64,000 nucleotides of DNA from Lama guanicoe (lineage: Eukaryota): contig MU053873.1 of the NCBI GenBank assembly GCA_013239625.1, positions 758,524-822,523 on the forward strand, read 5' to 3'. Position numbers and translations under genes: made by a program. The notes beneath the pieces were generated by a model. It was not told where the DNA came from. It saw only the letters and a list, made by a program, of their open reading frames with translations, and did no database searches. Position 1 is the stretch's first letter. Each line of letters starts with the position of its first letter. Positions 13,761-25,271 of this stretch are shown here, one piece after another.

Positions 13761-15091
13761 CTGTTATTCCCCCCACCTTACAGTGGCTCAGCGAGGCCAA
13801 GAGCCTGCCTGAGGCCAGTGCGGTCAGCAGTGGCAAAGTGCAGATTTGAGTCTCGTGTGTCCAATGCCTGAGCCCGTCCTCCACCATTGCCTCTTTCCTC
13901 TGCCCTCCCGGGGTGGGGGTGGGGGTGCTCATCCTGGCGCAGAAGTGACCCTTGCGAGGTGAAAGTGGAGGCATTTTTGTTTTGTGTAAACTTTTTTTTT
14001 TTTCACAGGCACACGTTAACATTTGTAGTTAAGGGGAAAACATTTTTTTAAAATCTGTATTTCTGAAATGATTAGCAAATATCTTAGCTTAGTGCCTTAC
14101 ATGTGGGGCTCAATAAAGACCCTCTCAATCTGGATACCACAGGCTTCCTGCCTGTGGGCACCCTTCCCAGGCACCGCTGTCCTCAGACCCAGCCTGGACC
14201 CTCTCTAGAACTACTGGTTCTCTAGAAAAGGAGACTGAAGCTTGGGGAGGTTGAGAACCTTGGCCAACGTCCCACAGCCACTAAGTTGTGGCCAGGAGAG
14301 CCAGGACCCAAATCCAGGGTCCCACTCCATTGAGTGCCTCTGAGTCCCCGAAATCCAAAGGCCAAACATCTTGTATGGCTGTTCCTTCCTTCATCAACAC
14401 TCTTGAGCCCCAGCTGCTCTGCCAGGCACTGGGGAGGCAGCAGGAGGAACACAGGCAGCAGCCCCGGCACTCCCAAGGGGCTACCCTAACTCTGTGTGCA
14501 AAGGAGCTTCAGCAGCAGCCGGGTGGTGGGGTCCCAGGAAACCAGGGCCACTGCCAGCCACCTTGACGGCATCCACCAGATGCTACTGCTGAGGGACCTG
14601 ACACAGCCGCCGGCAATGTCCTCTTTGAGAACAGTGTCTGCTTGGTACCCAGGCAGGTAAACCAAGTCTGGGCACGGGGGTCAGCCAGTCTGGGGGTCAC
14701 TGGGTGAGGAATCAGGTAGGAGCCAAGGCTGGGGGGACACCAAAGCAATACCTTTCAAAGGGCAGCCCGTGAGAGGTTGCGAAGGGTTCCATTATTTGTA
14801 GCTTTGGGAAACAAGACACTGAGGCTCTGGTAGACAAGTGCCTCCTCACCTTAGACACCCAACAAAGCAGGGGTGCCATAGGTACTCCCAACTCTGGCCT
14901 GAGTTCAAGTCACTCTGCCACCCCAGTAAGGCTTGGGAGATGCTCTCCTGTCTTGCTCTCCAGGCCTCTGGAGCATCTGCCGCATGTCCCCAGTGCTGTG
15001 GCCCCAAGTGCAGTCCCCCCCATCTGTCCAGAGCTTGGCCAGCAAAACCAGTGTCTGCCTGTGGGCAGAGGGCAGCTCTGTGGGCTGAGAT

Positions 15092-16557
15092 TGGGCAGTG
15101 GAAGGAGCAGGTGAGCATCTGGGGGGACAGGCTTGAGAACTGGGCCAGCAGCGTGGCCAGGAGCCAACTTTTCCCCTCTCAGGGTTCACAGCTGTGACCA
15201 CAGCTGTTTTCAGTGGAGGTATCTATGCATTACTTGGCAGTTTCACTCTGGGTTTCTGTCCACATTGTCTCATAAAGCAGGTGGGAGGGCGCTGTTTTCA
15301 TCCCTATTGAGCAAATGGGGAAAGAGAGACTCAGAGAAGACAAGTGACTTGCCCCAAATCACACAGCCAGGCCCAGTCATCTGGCTTCTGACATCCTGCT
15401 GTACAGTGAGTGGCCGAAGAAAGTGTACTCTTTCTGGACTTCACGCTGTGGCTTGGCAGGAGCTGTCACCCTGGCGCTCACCACCACCGCAGTGGCCACG
15501 TCCACCACTGGGGATCTGCCGCAGGTGAGGCCCCGTGCTGAGCACCCCACATTCGTTACAAGGTAAATCCTCCCAGCGACTTCCAAAGGGAAATGTTTTT
15601 GTCCCCACTTTATAGGGGACGGAAAGGAGGCCCCAGAAAGGTAAGAAACTCACCTGAGGCCACACGACTAGAGCCAGCACTGCAGCCCAAGTCCTCTTTC
15701 TCTTTTTTAAAAATTGAGATACAGTTCATATACCATAGCATTTACCATTTTTTTAAGTATGAAAGAAGCAATTTTATTTGATGAACTCATTTATTGGGCA
15801 TGTTAAATTAAGCAAAGGAAAATATATGCACTGCATAAAAAGAATCACATTCTCATATTGTGTGAACACCCAGCTGTGGTCAAAAACAGTGAACGTGGAG
15901 TGGATCCCAGGACTGAGTATAAAAGACACCCTGAGCGGAAAAACTTCAGGTTTTTCCTATACTAAACGTGCCTCCTTTTATTCCTCAGCTTCTACCAAGT
16001 CTTTTTCATTCTCTAAGAACCACAGAAGATTGGTATATGTACCTCCCAACCTGTGCTAGCAATCTGGGGTCAGCAGCTCTGAGGATGGGGTAACTGCTGG
16101 GGGTCTGGTCATAGGGCTCCCCAGGACCTGGCAGAGACAGGATGTGAGCTGGGCCTTGCAGAGGGGGCTGAGAGTCTGGTGGATTCCTGGGGGCAGAGGC
16201 TGGCTATGAGCCTGCCAGTATAGGATGCCTCTGCAGCGACGGGGGCAGCCCCACTTGGCTGGGGGGCTGGGCAGGCAGCTTCCTGAGTGCCTGGCTGGCC
16301 TGATGTGCAGCTGTGGTGACCTGACTTCCCTAGGGGATGACCTGAACCTGTCATAAAATCAGAGTCCTCCACCTAAGCCAGGCGGCATCTCACATCCAGC
16401 TTCTGCAGGGGTTTACCCAGAGGGTGGAGGGCCAGGGCTGTAGGATCAAATGAACTGTGGTTCAACCCCAACCACAGATAATGATGCATTTAGTCTGGAA
16501 CAATGATTGATGTCCACAGTGTCCCCCCAGATGCTCACCTGCTCCTTCCACTGCCCA
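15092..16557. repeat. Perfect 38-bp inverted repeat pair (15092-15129 and 16520-16557)
   Basis: TGGGCAGTGGAAGGAGCAGGTGAGCATCTGGGGGGACA and its exact reverse complement. Confidence 0.93.
15761..16076 (-). pseudogene. TBCA: 5'-truncated processed pseudogene of tubulin folding cofactor A
   Basis: The minus strand reads LLTPDC*HRLGGTYTNLLWFLENEKDLVEAEE*KEARLV*, versus the recalled TBCA C-terminus MMIPDCQRRLEAAYLDLQRILENEKDLEEAEEYKEARLVL. It continues into a TBCA-like 3' UTR with AATAAA signals, has no introns, and carries in-frame stops. Confidence 0.85.
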
Positions 16558-16832
16558 GGTATTGGGCATTACCTCCTTTGGTCCTCGCGGCAGCCCTGTG
16601 GAGTGGACCTCAGAGGAGACAGAGGCACAGAGAGGGCTGTGACTTGCTCAGGGTCACACAGATGGAAACGGCAGAACCTGGGCCCAAGCCCAGGGCCATG
16701 CAATTCTGAGCCAGGCTCTTCCTGGCCGTGCTGTCTCCCGGCTCTGCTCCTTTCCAGCTGTGTGAGACTCTATGTCCTCACCTAGGAAATAAGGATTGTT
16801 GTGCAGATTAAGGGACACAGTTCAATTAAATG

Positions 16833-16958
16833 ATTTTTTTTAATTTGGGGAGGTAATTAGGTTTATTTACTTATTTATTTTTTAATGGAGGTACTGGGGA
16901 TTGAACCCAGGACCTCATACATGCTAAGCATGTGCTCTACCAGAGCTGTACCCTCCTC
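16833..16958 (-). mobile_element. tRNA-derived SINE (Vic-1-like)
   Basis: Minus strand has B-box GGTTCAATCC, CCCAGTACCTCC, an A-rich tail and CTAATTACCTCCCC. Confidence 0.8.
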
Positions 16959-18300
16959 CAGTTAACCGATCATTGTGTAGAGTCTGCCACTTGATGAATT
17001 CTTGGCCAACGGTGCCGCTGTCATCATTGCCACCACTGTCACTATCATCACTGGCAAGCTGGAAGCCACCTGAATGCTCATCCAGTCCACCCCCTTATTG
17101 TACAGATGGGGAAACCAAGGACTGACCAGGGGGTTGGTGGGTCACATGATTAGTAAGCAGCAAAGGAGTAACAGAAATCCTCACGCCACCCCCAGCCTGC
17201 CCCCCTGCATAATGAGCCTCCGGCTTTCCCAGCAAGAACACGCTGGGATCCACAAGCACAAGCCCCGGCAGACAGACTGAAACCCAGGTCAGTTCTGACT
17301 GCTGCCCACCCTGATAGTGGGTGTGGGGGTTTTGGAGAAGCCATGGGTCTTCCTCATAGACCTGAACACACACACTCAGGAATTGGAAGTCGAAGCCGAA
17401 AGCCCAGCTCTAGGGAAGGTGGGCAGTAACAGGCCTGCCCCTGCCTCTCGCAGACAAAGCGAGCCAGCTAATCTGCCTCTAAGGGTGTGAGCTACAAGAA
17501 GTACTACTGAGTGCTTCTACCCTACAAATCTTGTGTGAGAACCTCTCCAGTGGCCAACCCAGGGCAGGGAAATCTGGGACATGCCGTCCAGCCTAGCCAG
17601 ACTGCCACATCACAGATCCACCATGGCCTCGGAGGCATCCATCATGATCTTTCTAGATCCGTCTAGATCCTTCTAGATGTTGATATGTATTTGTTGGCTC
17701 TCTCATGCCTTCTCTAACTCCCAGTCTCTACTGGGGAAAAGAGCCTGAACTTTGGAGGCCCACAGACCTGGGCTCAAACTCTCAACCCGCCATGTACCAA
17801 CTGAGCCCGAGCCTCAGTTTCTCTATCTGTGAAACAGGAACAATGATGGTACACAGCCTGCAGAGGTCATAACACACACAGGATGCTGGGTTCAGGTAAC
17901 CTAGTTAATATTAACCTGAAGGAAGCACAATGAACACATTTAACCTGTGGTTAATAAAATGGTGATCCCAGGGTAATCTGTTTGGAGAAATCGTTGATTC
18001 CAGTGCTGGGGCAGAGAAAATACAAGATGGGCCTGGAAACTGCCTTTTTTTTTTTTAACGGAAGAAATGTTTAACCTTACCAAAATGAATAACATTACAT
18101 TTAGAACAGTTTTTCTTTCAAATGGCGGCTAGGTACCTGAAGGGTTTGCCAGGGAAAGGTGGTAACTCTAATCTCAAAGCTCAGTTTGTGGCCAGTGGGG
18201 ACGAGACACCATTTCAGATCTTTTAATCCATTGAATTAATTGTATTTCACTTTATTGGAGCACTGCATCGTCCATGAACAAGGACTCCTTTTATAACCCT

Positions 18301-18726
18301 ATTTTTTAAAATTGAAATATAGTTGATGTACGGTTTTATATGTTACAGGTGTACAATATAGTGATTCACAATTTTTAAGTTATACTCCATTTATAATTAT
18401 TATAAAATATTGGCTATATTCCTTGTATTATACAATATATCCTTGTAGCTTATTTTATACATAATTGTACCTCTTAATCTCCTACCCTTATCTTGCCCAT
18501 CTCCCCACGGGTAACCACTAGTTTGTCCTCTATATCTGTGGGTCTGCTTCTTTTTTGTTATATTTACTAGTTTGCTGTATTTTTTAGATTCTACATATAA
18601 GTGATATTATACAGTATTTGTCTTTCTTCTGTCTGACTTATTTCACTAAGCATAATTCTCTCCAGGTCCATCTATGTTGTTACAGTGGGCAAAATTTCAT
18701 TCTTTTTTATGGCTGAGTAGTATTTC

Positions 18727-18766
<40 letters not shown>

Positions 18767-18814
18767 CACACACACACGCACACACATACCACATCTTTAT
18801 CCATTCATCTGTTG
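18301..18814 (-). mobile_element. 5'-truncated younger L1 3' end
   Basis: Minus strand reads CAGATGAATGGATAAAGATGTGGTA...TACTACTCAGCCATAAAAAAGAATGAAAT...CAACTATATTTCAAT. Confidence 0.85.
18729..18787. repeat. Compound (TG)n-(TA)n-(CA)n microsatellite inside an L1 fragment
   Basis: Direct reading of the sequence. Confidence 0.95.
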
Positions 18815-19135
18815 AAGAAGAGCCTGGAAATTTCTTGAGGTACCAGAAAGTAAGGAAGTGCTGGGGAGAAAATATGATCAGGGCTGTTAACAGGAGCCAA
18901 CCTGAAGGAATTCCCAAGGGCCAAAGCTGGAATAAAATGATCCACAAAATAAACAACAAGAGAACTGGATTATAACTCAGAATGAAATGTTCATGAGTTC
19001 CTAGGGAAAATAGATAATTGAATTTAATCAAACAAGTAACTGAATATAGATAGAAATAAATGATTGAATAAATAAATTAATGGTGAAGCAAGGGCAGCTC
19101 TCCCTACCACAGCATTCCAATTAATAAATGCAGAA

Positions 19136-19260
19136 ATGGGGAGTTGGGGGCGGTGATAGCTTGGTGGTAGAACATGTGCTTAGCATGCATGAGATCCTGG
19201 GTTCAATCCCTAGTACCTCCATTAACAAACAAAGAAAGATTGAAAAATAAATTTAAAAAA
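19136..19260 (+). mobile_element. tRNA-derived SINE (Vic-1-like)
   Basis: A-box TAGCTTGGTGG, B-box GGTTCAATCC, A-rich tail; flanking AAATG(C/T)AGAA direct repeat. Confidence 0.8.
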
Positions 19261-20231
19261 ATGTAGAAGACAGGAGGGAAATATAAAATCCTTAGGCAAA
19301 CACCATAGTAATAATCGTTGCAGGCAGGAACCACTGAGGGATGCTAGCTGGTGGACAAAAGTGTGATACGAAATAGGACTTTGCATAGTCTCACAGTATT
19401 TCCCCACAAGGTATTTATTAATTACAAAGAGAAAACAGTAACTTTACAGTGGAGAAACATGACAGACAGAACCTCAACCAGGTGACCCAGGTGGCCATCA
19501 CCAGTAATAAGACATATGGAAATCACGTACCATAGAGCTCTGATAGAACGTACCAAGAAGCGCACATCACTTCTGTGGTTATTGCCAAACGTGCATGATG
19601 CTTACTGTTGATAAATCAAGGGAAAGACTGAGAAACTGTCACAGATCAGAGGAGTAGAACACAGAAAAGACATTAGTGGGGAAACTGGTGAGATTTGAAC
19701 CAAGTCTATAGTTTCATTATAGCATCACATGAACAGTTTTGATTCCTGGTTTTGCTCCTGGTACTCCAGTTAGGTGAAATGTTAACATGAGAGGAAGCCA
19801 GGTGAAGGATAAGTGGGAACTCTCTCATTTTTGTAACTTCTGTGTAAGTCCAGAAGCACTTCAAAATGAAAAGTTTAAAATAACCTTACAGGTTCAAAAG
19901 GCAGTTAAGGAAGTTCCGTGGAAAAATCTCCTTCCCTCCCGTGTCCCTCAGCTGCTCAGGTCCCTTCCCCACAGGAATCATTGTTACCAGTTTCTTAATG
20001 TTTCCTTCCAGAATAATCTACGTGTCCGCAGCACCTAAACTAGGTTGTATCTGTGTTGTTTTATTTGTTTGTCTTCTTTGCTTCTGACACCCACATTCTT
20101 CAAATGCCTGGTGAACCTTGGCTGCTTCCTCAGTCTTAAGTGAGGCACTGAGCGCGGAGTTACAGCTCTGTCCTGAGCGGGCTTGTCCACTGTGGTCGCC
20201 GCTGTCTGCGATCCTGTTTCCGTGCTATTTT

Positions 20232-20264
20232 TGCTGTAATACCTCCGTTCCACTAGGGGGCGCT
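20232..20264 (+). promoter_or_regulatory. CTCF binding site (core plus upstream module)
   Basis: Near-consensus core CCACTAGGGGGCGCT at 20250-20264, preceded by TGCTGTAATACC resembling the ZF9-11 upstream motif. Confidence 0.75.
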
Positions 20265-20644
20265 CTGTGGTCCAGGACGCTCCGTTTTACTCTTCTGAGA
20301 GTAAATCTCAGTCTTCTGCTGGGTGAGGGGCACGTAAGTCTGACAGAGTTGGAGGAAAATCTAGGGGTGTCTAACGATTCTGTGGACTTTGGGTCAATCC
20401 TCCAAATTTTAGTTCATTCTTCATTCCCACTTCCAGAAGTTTCTGGTGCCACCAGTTCCTGAATCTTCAAAGGGTTCTGTCGTATAAGCCGGATTGCTTC
20501 TTGGCTTCCCTCCTTGTGGCTTAGGATTCAGCTAAGTCAGTAACCTTTTAGCCACTTGCTTCCTGCTTCTAGTGTAGTCGGCATTGTCTCCTCTCTTTTT
20601 CTCATGGTTCCTGTAGATTTACACTTTTGGAGAAAAAAAATCCC

Positions 20645-21795
20645 CTTAACCACAATGAGATACACATTAGGATGGCTGTTATTTTAAAAAGTAAAACAAA
20701 ACAAAACAAAACAAAACAGAAAATAAGTGTTGGTAAGGATGTGGAGAAATTAGAACCCTTGTATGTTGCTGGTGGAAATGGAAAATGGTGCAGCTGCTGT
20801 GGAAAACAGGACAGTGGTTCCTCAAAAACTTAAACATAGAATTACCATAGCATTTAGCAGTTCCACGTCTAGGTGTATACCCTAAAGGATTGAAAGCAGG
20901 GATTTGAGCACATATTTGTACACCAAGATATTTCTACAGCATTATCACAATAGCCAAAAAGTGGACACAACCCAAATGTCCATCAATGGATGTCTGGATA
21001 AATAAAATGTAGTCTCTCCATATAATGGAATGTTATTCAATTTCATTCCTAAAATGGGATGAAATTCAGAGACATGCCACAACATGGATGAACCTTGAGG
21101 ACGTGATGCTAAGTGAATGAAGCCAGACACAAAGGACAAATACTGTATGATTCCACCTATATGAGGTACCTTGAATAGTCAAATCCATAGAGACAGAAAG
21201 AGATAGAATCATGGTTGTGAGAGCTTGAGGGAAGGGTAAGTGGGGAGCTTAGCACTAAATGGATTTACAGTGTCAGTTTGGGAAGATGAAAAAGTTCTGG
21301 AGATGGATGGTGGTAATGGTGTTATGGAAACAACAGGCCAGCCAAGAAACAAGCACCACTTGGAGGGTTGGAGTACTCAGATTTATTATGCCGACTGACT
21401 CAAAGGGGCTTCTGCTCCGAAGCTCTGAGCACCTCCATATCGTGTGCATGAGGTTTTTATAGGGTTAATTACAAGCTTGGGGTATACGGGCAATAGGCAT
21501 GGAACAGCTTTAGCAGCATCATTACCACAAAAGCAGAGGCAGGGAGGCAGCAAACTGACATCCCAAGGCCAGATACGTCTCTCTGAAAATCCAGCTGGCT
21601 AGCAAAAAAAAAAAAAAACAGAAGGGAATCAGCAGACCAACACTTATTAACTTAAATATACGAGTTAGGCCCAGCCCGGCTTTTCATTCACAATGGTTGC
21701 ACGAAAATGTGAGTATACTTAATCCCACTGAAATGTATACTTAAAATTGTTTAAATGACAAATTTTATATTATATATATTTTATCAAAAATTTTA
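20645..21795 (+). mobile_element. Old L1 (L1M-type) ORF2 end and 3' UTR, interrupted by the solo LTR
   Basis: Typical L1 3' motifs (GTTGGTAAGGATGTGGAGAAATTAGAACCC; CAACCCAAATGTCCATCAA; GATGGTGGTAATGG...TTGCAC). Confidence 0.85.
21320..21692 (-). mobile_element. Solo LTR (ERV1-like), 373 bp
   Basis: TG...CA termini and 4-bp TSD ATGG (21316-21319 and 21693-21696). Minus-strand TATAAA at 21456-21461 and AATAAA at 21382-21387. Interrupts an L1 3' end. Confidence 0.85.
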
Positions 21796-21909
21796 AATTC
21801 CCCTGCTTTCATTTTAGTGGGATTTCAGAAGGAAGCAGAGTTACAGGCCTGTGTTAAACCCACTACCTTACCCCGAAGTCTCAGAAGTTAATTAAAAGAG
21901 AGGGTTTTA

Positions 21910-21985
21910 CATTATGCTGTGCACCAGAAATTGACACATTGTAACTGATTTTACTTCAATTAAAATTAATTAAAATAATTTTTTT
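21910..21985 (+). mobile_element. Very short L1 3' terminus with 15-bp TSD
   Basis: AAAGA(G/A)AGGGTTTTA at 21895-21909 and 21986-22000 flanks TATGCTGTGCACCAGAAATTGACACATTGTAACTG plus an A/T tail. Confidence 0.75.
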
Positions 21986-23542
21986 AAAGAAAGGGTTTTA
22001 TTTGCCAGGTGTAGGAGTGGTTCTCTGGTTTTATTATTAATTTTGAGTTTTGTAGATTGTGATCAAAACATGACGTATGAACTCCAGTTCTGTATTAGAG
22101 TTTATATTTTCTCTGTGCCCTAATCTATGGCCTTTCATAATCATAATCGCTATGCTTGTTTAGTGACTGTTAGGTGTTGCTCTCAGAACATTACCTACAA
22201 GATTACTGTAATTTTCTTGACATCTGTATAAAGTAGGGTATTAGTCCCATTTTCCAGATGGGGAAGCTGAGGCTCAGAGAAGCTAAGTTATGTGCTTACT
22301 GGCATAGCCAAGAAGTGGCTGAACTGAACTAATATTAATGCCAATAACAGCTACCATTGAAGGAGGGTTTATAGGTTGCCAGGCACCAGATGCAAGTTCT
22401 ACAATTTAATCTCTGAAACAACTTTGCATGGAGGCCCAATCAGCCCCATTTCCAAACTGGAAAGTGAGGTCCACCTGGGGATTTGAACCCAGGTGTGGCT
22501 CAGAGTCTGGGCCTTTTGGGTGGCACCAGCAGAGGGTGGTTCAGCCCTCCCAGAAGCAGGAGGGCAGGGCCCTTCGAGAAGCAGCCTGGGGAAGCGGTGG
22601 ATCTGGGAGGCGTGAGCAGAATTTTGCTTCTGGAAGCCCAGGGATGGTGTCATGAGAATATTTGCAGTAGGGAGAGGGTTGAGGAGGGGTCCCAGGCCCC
22701 TCTTCCCTGGGGGCCATGGGAGTCCCGGCCCAGGCGGGAAGGGTACCAAGCAGCCCACTCTCAGCAGGGCGGGCACTGGCTCATCAGTGTGGCTGTGGAC
22801 AGTCACCTCCCGCTTCCTTTCAGACAGGATCTGTGGTAACTTATAGAAACGTGTATGATAAAAACAACAAAAACAGCAAGCACACAGAAATTGAAGTAGA
22901 GGAATAGTAATCAATAGGAAGAAGAATCTAGAAAGAAGGTCAGGACCTAGAAAGGCACGATGTGGGGCGGCCTGTATAGTGACATTGGAAGGGAAGGGTG
23001 GCCGTTAATGGCACCGGTGCGCCCTCTTGTGGGCATGGATGGAAAGACTATTTAAATTTGTTCAATTGGTGTATTTATTCTGCACCAGCGTGGAGGGAGG
23101 GTGGGTAGGGCTCCGAGAGTCAGTGTGCCAGAGGAGGGGACTTGCTGAGGATTGCACAGCACCAGCAGCAGGTCCTAATGATTTCTTGACACCACAAAAA
23201 CTTCCGACTATCCTCTGACTGGATGAAACCTCATAGGTAGATTAAGGGTTGGGGCGACGGGTGGGGGCCCAGGGATTCTCCGCCCTGGCCCGGAGTCTTG
23301 TGAAGCTGGGAAAGTTCCTCAGCCTCTCAGGGCCTCAGCGTGCACATCTGTAAAGTGGGGGTTATCGAAGCACCCACCTCTTGAGAATGGCAAGGGTTAA
23401 ATAAAGTGATGGAGGTCAAGCATATTGAAAGGTACTTGGCCCATGATAGGTTCAGAGGGAGGAGAAATTGAGGCCCAAAAAGGCGGACAGTCCTGTCCAT
23501 CGTCAGCCAGCTCAGTAGGGCAGGGTAGAAAATGAATGTCAA

Positions 23543-23686
23543 GGTGGGGTAGGTATAAAATATTTCAGTGGTACTGTGCCTGCCAAGCATGTGCAAGGTC
23601 CTGGGTTCAATCCCCAGTACCTCCACTAATTACCTCCACAAAAATAAAATTTCAAAAAAATTTTAATTAAAAAACAGAATAAAAGG
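23543..23686 (+). mobile_element. tRNA-derived SINE (Vic-1-like)
   Basis: GTCCTGGGTTCAATCCCCAGTACCTCC...CTAATTACCTCC followed by an A-rich tail. Confidence 0.78.
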
Positions 23687-25271
23687 AAATGAATAGGGCT
23701 TGGAGAAGTGTTTAAAAGCTTCCTCCTCCAAGCAGGAGGGGATGTTATTGATAGTAACGGCGTATTTGTTGGGAGAAGTTGGTTCTCTCTCCAGGTTGGC
23801 GTGGCACTGGCTCTGCTCCACCCATCCTGGAGCAAGGACCAGGGTGGGCCACGTGTTCTAGCCACAGCTGTCAGCGTTTACTGGTGATTGCAGCCAGTTC
23901 TCTTTGGTGCTGGGGTGGAGAGGGAAGCCCCTAAGAGGCCACTTTTCCCTACTTCTGTCTCCCCCCTCTCCAAGCTGTAATGATCCAGCTGGGCCTCCTC
24001 TTATTAGCAGCATATTTTTAGCTCCTCTGCCAGGCTGAGCTGTGGCAGAGAAGGCCCAGGCCCACAGGCAAGTCGGGGAGAAATCGGCTCCGCCCCCTGG
24101 CCTAAGTTTTCTCATCTTTACTTGGGAACAGTCATGGAATTGAGTTGCTGGGAGAATTTAGTGGGTGAATACGTGAAAGAGCCTCACGAAGGGACTGGTT
24201 CACGGTAACTATTCGTAGCAGGAACATCATCCTTCACAGCTCAGGCTGTCACGCCTTCCAGGAAGCCGACCCTGAGTGGTGTTTGTCTCTCTCCCACATT
24301 CAACAGTAGCCCAAGGAGGGGTTAGGCCACCTTTCGCTCACTGTTGTATCCCCGATACACCTGGCTTAGTGACAAATATATTTTAGGTGAACAAGTGAGG
24401 CTTATGAGAGCATGGATCCTGGGGCTCTGGGACCAATTTCTCAGCTCTGCCACTAACACGCTGTGTGGCTTAAGCTCTTGGAGTTGCAACAATCCCCCTC
24501 CCCGAAAAAGTGGGGCTGATGTGGGAATGAAGTGAGACCCTCGGCACACCGCCTGGCCCACCACAGGTGCTCCATAAACATTACTTGTCTTACTCTGGAC
24601 TCCCATAGCCCCCATCACAGCACCAATCACACGGATGTCTGCCCCTCTGTCACCCTCCCCAGACAAACTGTAGGGCCAGCAAGAGCAGGGCCTTTGCCTC
24701 AGCCATGTGACTATCCAACACCCAGCCCAGGAAATGTTCAGAGCAAGGGCTTGGGAAGCGCTTCCGGAAGGACCCCGATGCCTGGCTCCCTTTCCTTCCT
24801 GCCTCTGTACTATTGTCCCTGGATCACCTTTTCCTTCTGTCTCAGCCTATGTAACTGTGTTCTTATTGGACAAAGCCTAGCACAAATGTCACCTTCCCCC
24901 AGATGTCCTTCCTGAGCAAACTGACGATGTGACTGTGTCTCCTTGGAAATCTTCAAGCCCCGACTGCTTCTGCCAATAATTTGTCACTTTGACGTAAGCT
25001 GTCCAGCTTGCTTGGTTTGTTTGGTTGGACAATTCTTCTCTTTCCATGTCATATTCCTGATGGAATTTTGTTTTTCAATGAGGCTGATGGCATTTGCCAA
25101 CATTTATCATTAGCGAAAGGTGTTTCCTCCAGGCAGCTGTGCATAGCACGTGGAACATGGCACATCCATATAAAATTCTACTTGTTTCCTGTCTACTTCG
25201 GAAAAGGATTTAAAAATGGAATGAGGTCTGTAAATTTAGTTAACGGTATTGTACCAATGCCAGTGTCCTGG

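Larger units (their letters stand above)
17960..19885 (+). mobile_element. Old L1 (L1MC-like) host element interrupted by the L1/transduction insert and a SINE
   Basis: Resembles the L1MC 3' region on both sides of 18040-18814. Confidence 0.65.

Noticed and set aside
17651..17678. Three 10-bp TCTAGATCC units
   Set aside because: Most simply a small slippage repeat; no evidence of function.
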